A stretch of DNA of 64,000 bases from an uncultured bacterium (GTDB taxonomy: Bacteria; Armatimonadota; Hebobacteria; CAYNSX01). The notes under the pieces are model-generated. The model saw only the letters and a program-made list of their open reading frames with translations, was not told where the DNA came from and searched no databases. Below are positions 62,565-64,000 of the stretch, piece after piece. The position numbers and the translations under genes are program-made. The stretch covers positions 5,380 through 69,379 of the forward strand of contig CAYNSX010000004.1 of NCBI GenBank assembly GCA_964400165.1, in the 5' to 3' direction. How positions within the stretch are numbered: position 1 is the first letter of the stretch; each line of letters begins with the position of its first letter.

Positions 62565-64000
62565 CATGGGACGCTCCACCGAAGAGGAATGGCTCGCACT
62601 CGCCCGCACCGCCGGCCGGCGGCGGGTGCGCCCGGTCGGCTGGGTGCGCGCCGCGCTGCGCGTGCGTGCGGTCCGCATCCTGCTCGTGCTCGCCGGGCTG
62701 GCGGTGCTCGCCGAGGGGTCGCGGCGCTTCACGCTGTCGCGGTCGCTCTACCGGCTGAACCTCGGCGCCAACGCGGAATTGACCGAACTCCCGGAGCCCA
62801 CCGCCGCCGACCGCATCCTCCTCTTTGCGCCGCACCCGGACGACGAAATCCTGGGCGCCGGCGGATTCTTGCAGCGAGCAATGGCCGCCGGCGCTGTGGT
62901 GCGCGTCGTGCTGATGACCAACGGCGAGTTCTCACGCATTGCCGCGGCGCTCTCCGAGAAAACCGTCCCGCGCACGCCCACCTCGTTCATCGAACTGGGC
63001 TACGCGCGGCAGCAAGAGTCGCTCGCGGCCCTTGGCGGCCTCGGTCTCTCCGAGCGCGCGGTCACTTTCCTCGGCTATCCGAATGAATACCTTGACCGCT
63101 TGTGGTCTCCCGACCACTGGCTGCCGGCGAACCCGGTTCGCTCCCCCCGCCTGGCGGCAAACCGGACGCCGTACACGAATGCCTTCACGCCGCACGCGCT
63201 CTTTGCCGGGCAGTCGCTGCTCGCCGACATTCAGCACTTGCTCCTACAAGTCCGTCCGACCATCATCATCACCATCCACCCCAACGATCTTCACAACGAC
63301 CATTGGCCGACCTATGCCTTCGTGCAACTGGCCCTGCAGCGGCTCCGGCTGGCCGACCATGCCTTCGCATCGCACGCGCGCCTGTATGCCTATCTCATCC
63401 ACCGCGGTCACTGGCCGGCGCCGCGGGGGTTTCTCCCGCTGCACCACCTGGAGCCGCCGCTGGCCCTTTCGGCGCTGGAGGGCGCCGACTGGAAGGCCTT
63501 TCCGCTGACGCTGGCCGAGACGCTCGACAAGCGGGACGCCATCGCCCGCTTCGGCTCGCAAGGCGGGGCGCTCGACAAGCTGCTCGTCTCCTTCGCCCGC
63601 GCCAACGAACTCTTCTGCCTGCCGGCGCCGATTGCGTGGCAGTCGGACGGCAGCGGCAGTCGCATTCAATTCAAAGACCCGATCGGCGATTCCAATGCGG
63701 CGGCGCTCGCCCCGAGCGGGGACTTGCGTACCGTCTCGGTGAGCGCCGCGGGGCGCCGGTTGGTTGCCGGCGTGGAGACGGTTGGGCCGGTGAACCGCGA
63801 GGTGGGCTATCACCTAGTGGCGCATGTCTTGGGGGCGGCGGGCGAACTGCAGGTCTTCCAGTTCGAATGGACGGGCACGCGCGTCAGCGGCATGAGCGTC
63901 CGCAACGGCGTGTTGCGCGCCGTCACCGGCCCGCAGGTGTCGACCACCAACGGCGGCCGCGTCAGCGAATTGCGGATGCCACTGCCCTGGTCCGGCGCGC
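62565..64000 (+). CDS. PIG-L / LmbE-family N-acetylglucosaminyl deacetylase with long C-terminal extension, partial (continues past window end)
   Basis: ..ADRILLFAPHPDDEILGAGGFLQRAMAAGAVVRVVLMTNGE.. is the PIG-L HPDDE motif. The ORF runs open to position 64000 and so is not in the track. The start coordinate is +-1. Confidence 0.6.

Noticed and set aside
1-64000. Sigma-54 (-24/-12) promoters
   Set aside because: The few TGGCAC occurrences (for example about 3109 and 25996) lack a correctly spaced TTGC and lie inside coding sequence.

Overview
This is a 64 kb window from a very GC-rich bacterial chromosome (about 70% GC by eye; unrelated ORFs stay open on the antisense strand nearly everywhere). 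The organism is probably diderm: there are several outer-membrane beta-barrel genes and an LptD-like gene. I cannot place the taxon from sequence alone; an SLH-anchored giant protein, a bifunctional FBP aldolase/phosphatase and a split transketolase are weak hints of a deep-branching lineage.

The ORF track translates GTG and TTG starts as M and includes stop codons in its coordinates. Many track ORFs are antisense or N-terminal-extension artefacts of the high GC. My line indexing disagrees with the track by one base at two places (around 21421 and 61141), so non-ORF coordinates may be off by +-1-2 nt.

Main contents, left to right:
- alaS (partial), EamA transporter, secG, tRNA-Leu(GAG), a GAF/HD-GYP phosphodiesterase, and an atypical sigma-54-type AAA+ regulator.
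- A split transketolase (N and C subunit genes) interrupted by a four-helix-bundle protein gene that is flanked by inverted repeats.
- A fused aspartokinase/diaminopimelate-decarboxylase gene, a TauE/SafE exporter, a PD40 beta-propeller protein, and several outer-membrane beta-barrel proteins.
- A three-gene peroxiredoxin cluster. Its last gene has an in-frame TGA exactly at the peroxidatic cysteine of a BCP/PrxQ-type peroxiredoxin, with a downstream hairpin in SECIS position. This is a candidate periplasmic selenocysteine peroxiredoxin and the most striking signal in the window.
- Aquaporin, bifunctional FBP aldolase/phosphatase, Mrp/ApbC, thermonuclease, a 3D-domain protein, and glycolate oxidase glcDEF.
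- A minus-strand operon of large secreted proteins (including an M6 metalloprotease) that share a C-terminal domain, one copy split by a frameshift.
- coaE, rpsA, and a cell-envelope glycan/S-layer cluster: an SDR epimerase, a 1452-aa SLH protein, a GT2-GT4 fusion, a GT4, an alkaline-phosphatase-family enzyme and a PIG-L deacetylase.

Three visibly lower-GC islands (about 50-55% by eye) look horizontally acquired:
- 21.27-22.99 kb: a Cys-rich secreted small protein plus a membrane-anchored protein.
- 29.85-31.72 kb: two secreted proteins; one carries a (GGCAA)4 pentanucleotide tract right after its start codon, a candidate phase-variation switch.
- 35.67-37.81 kb: a Dam-family adenine methyltransferase plus an unknown 361-aa partner, a candidate type II restriction-modification system inserted between glcF and a creatininase gene.

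Two dispersed hairpin repeat families, a G-rich heptamer tandem repeat and a pair of AT-rich palindromic operator-like sites were also found.
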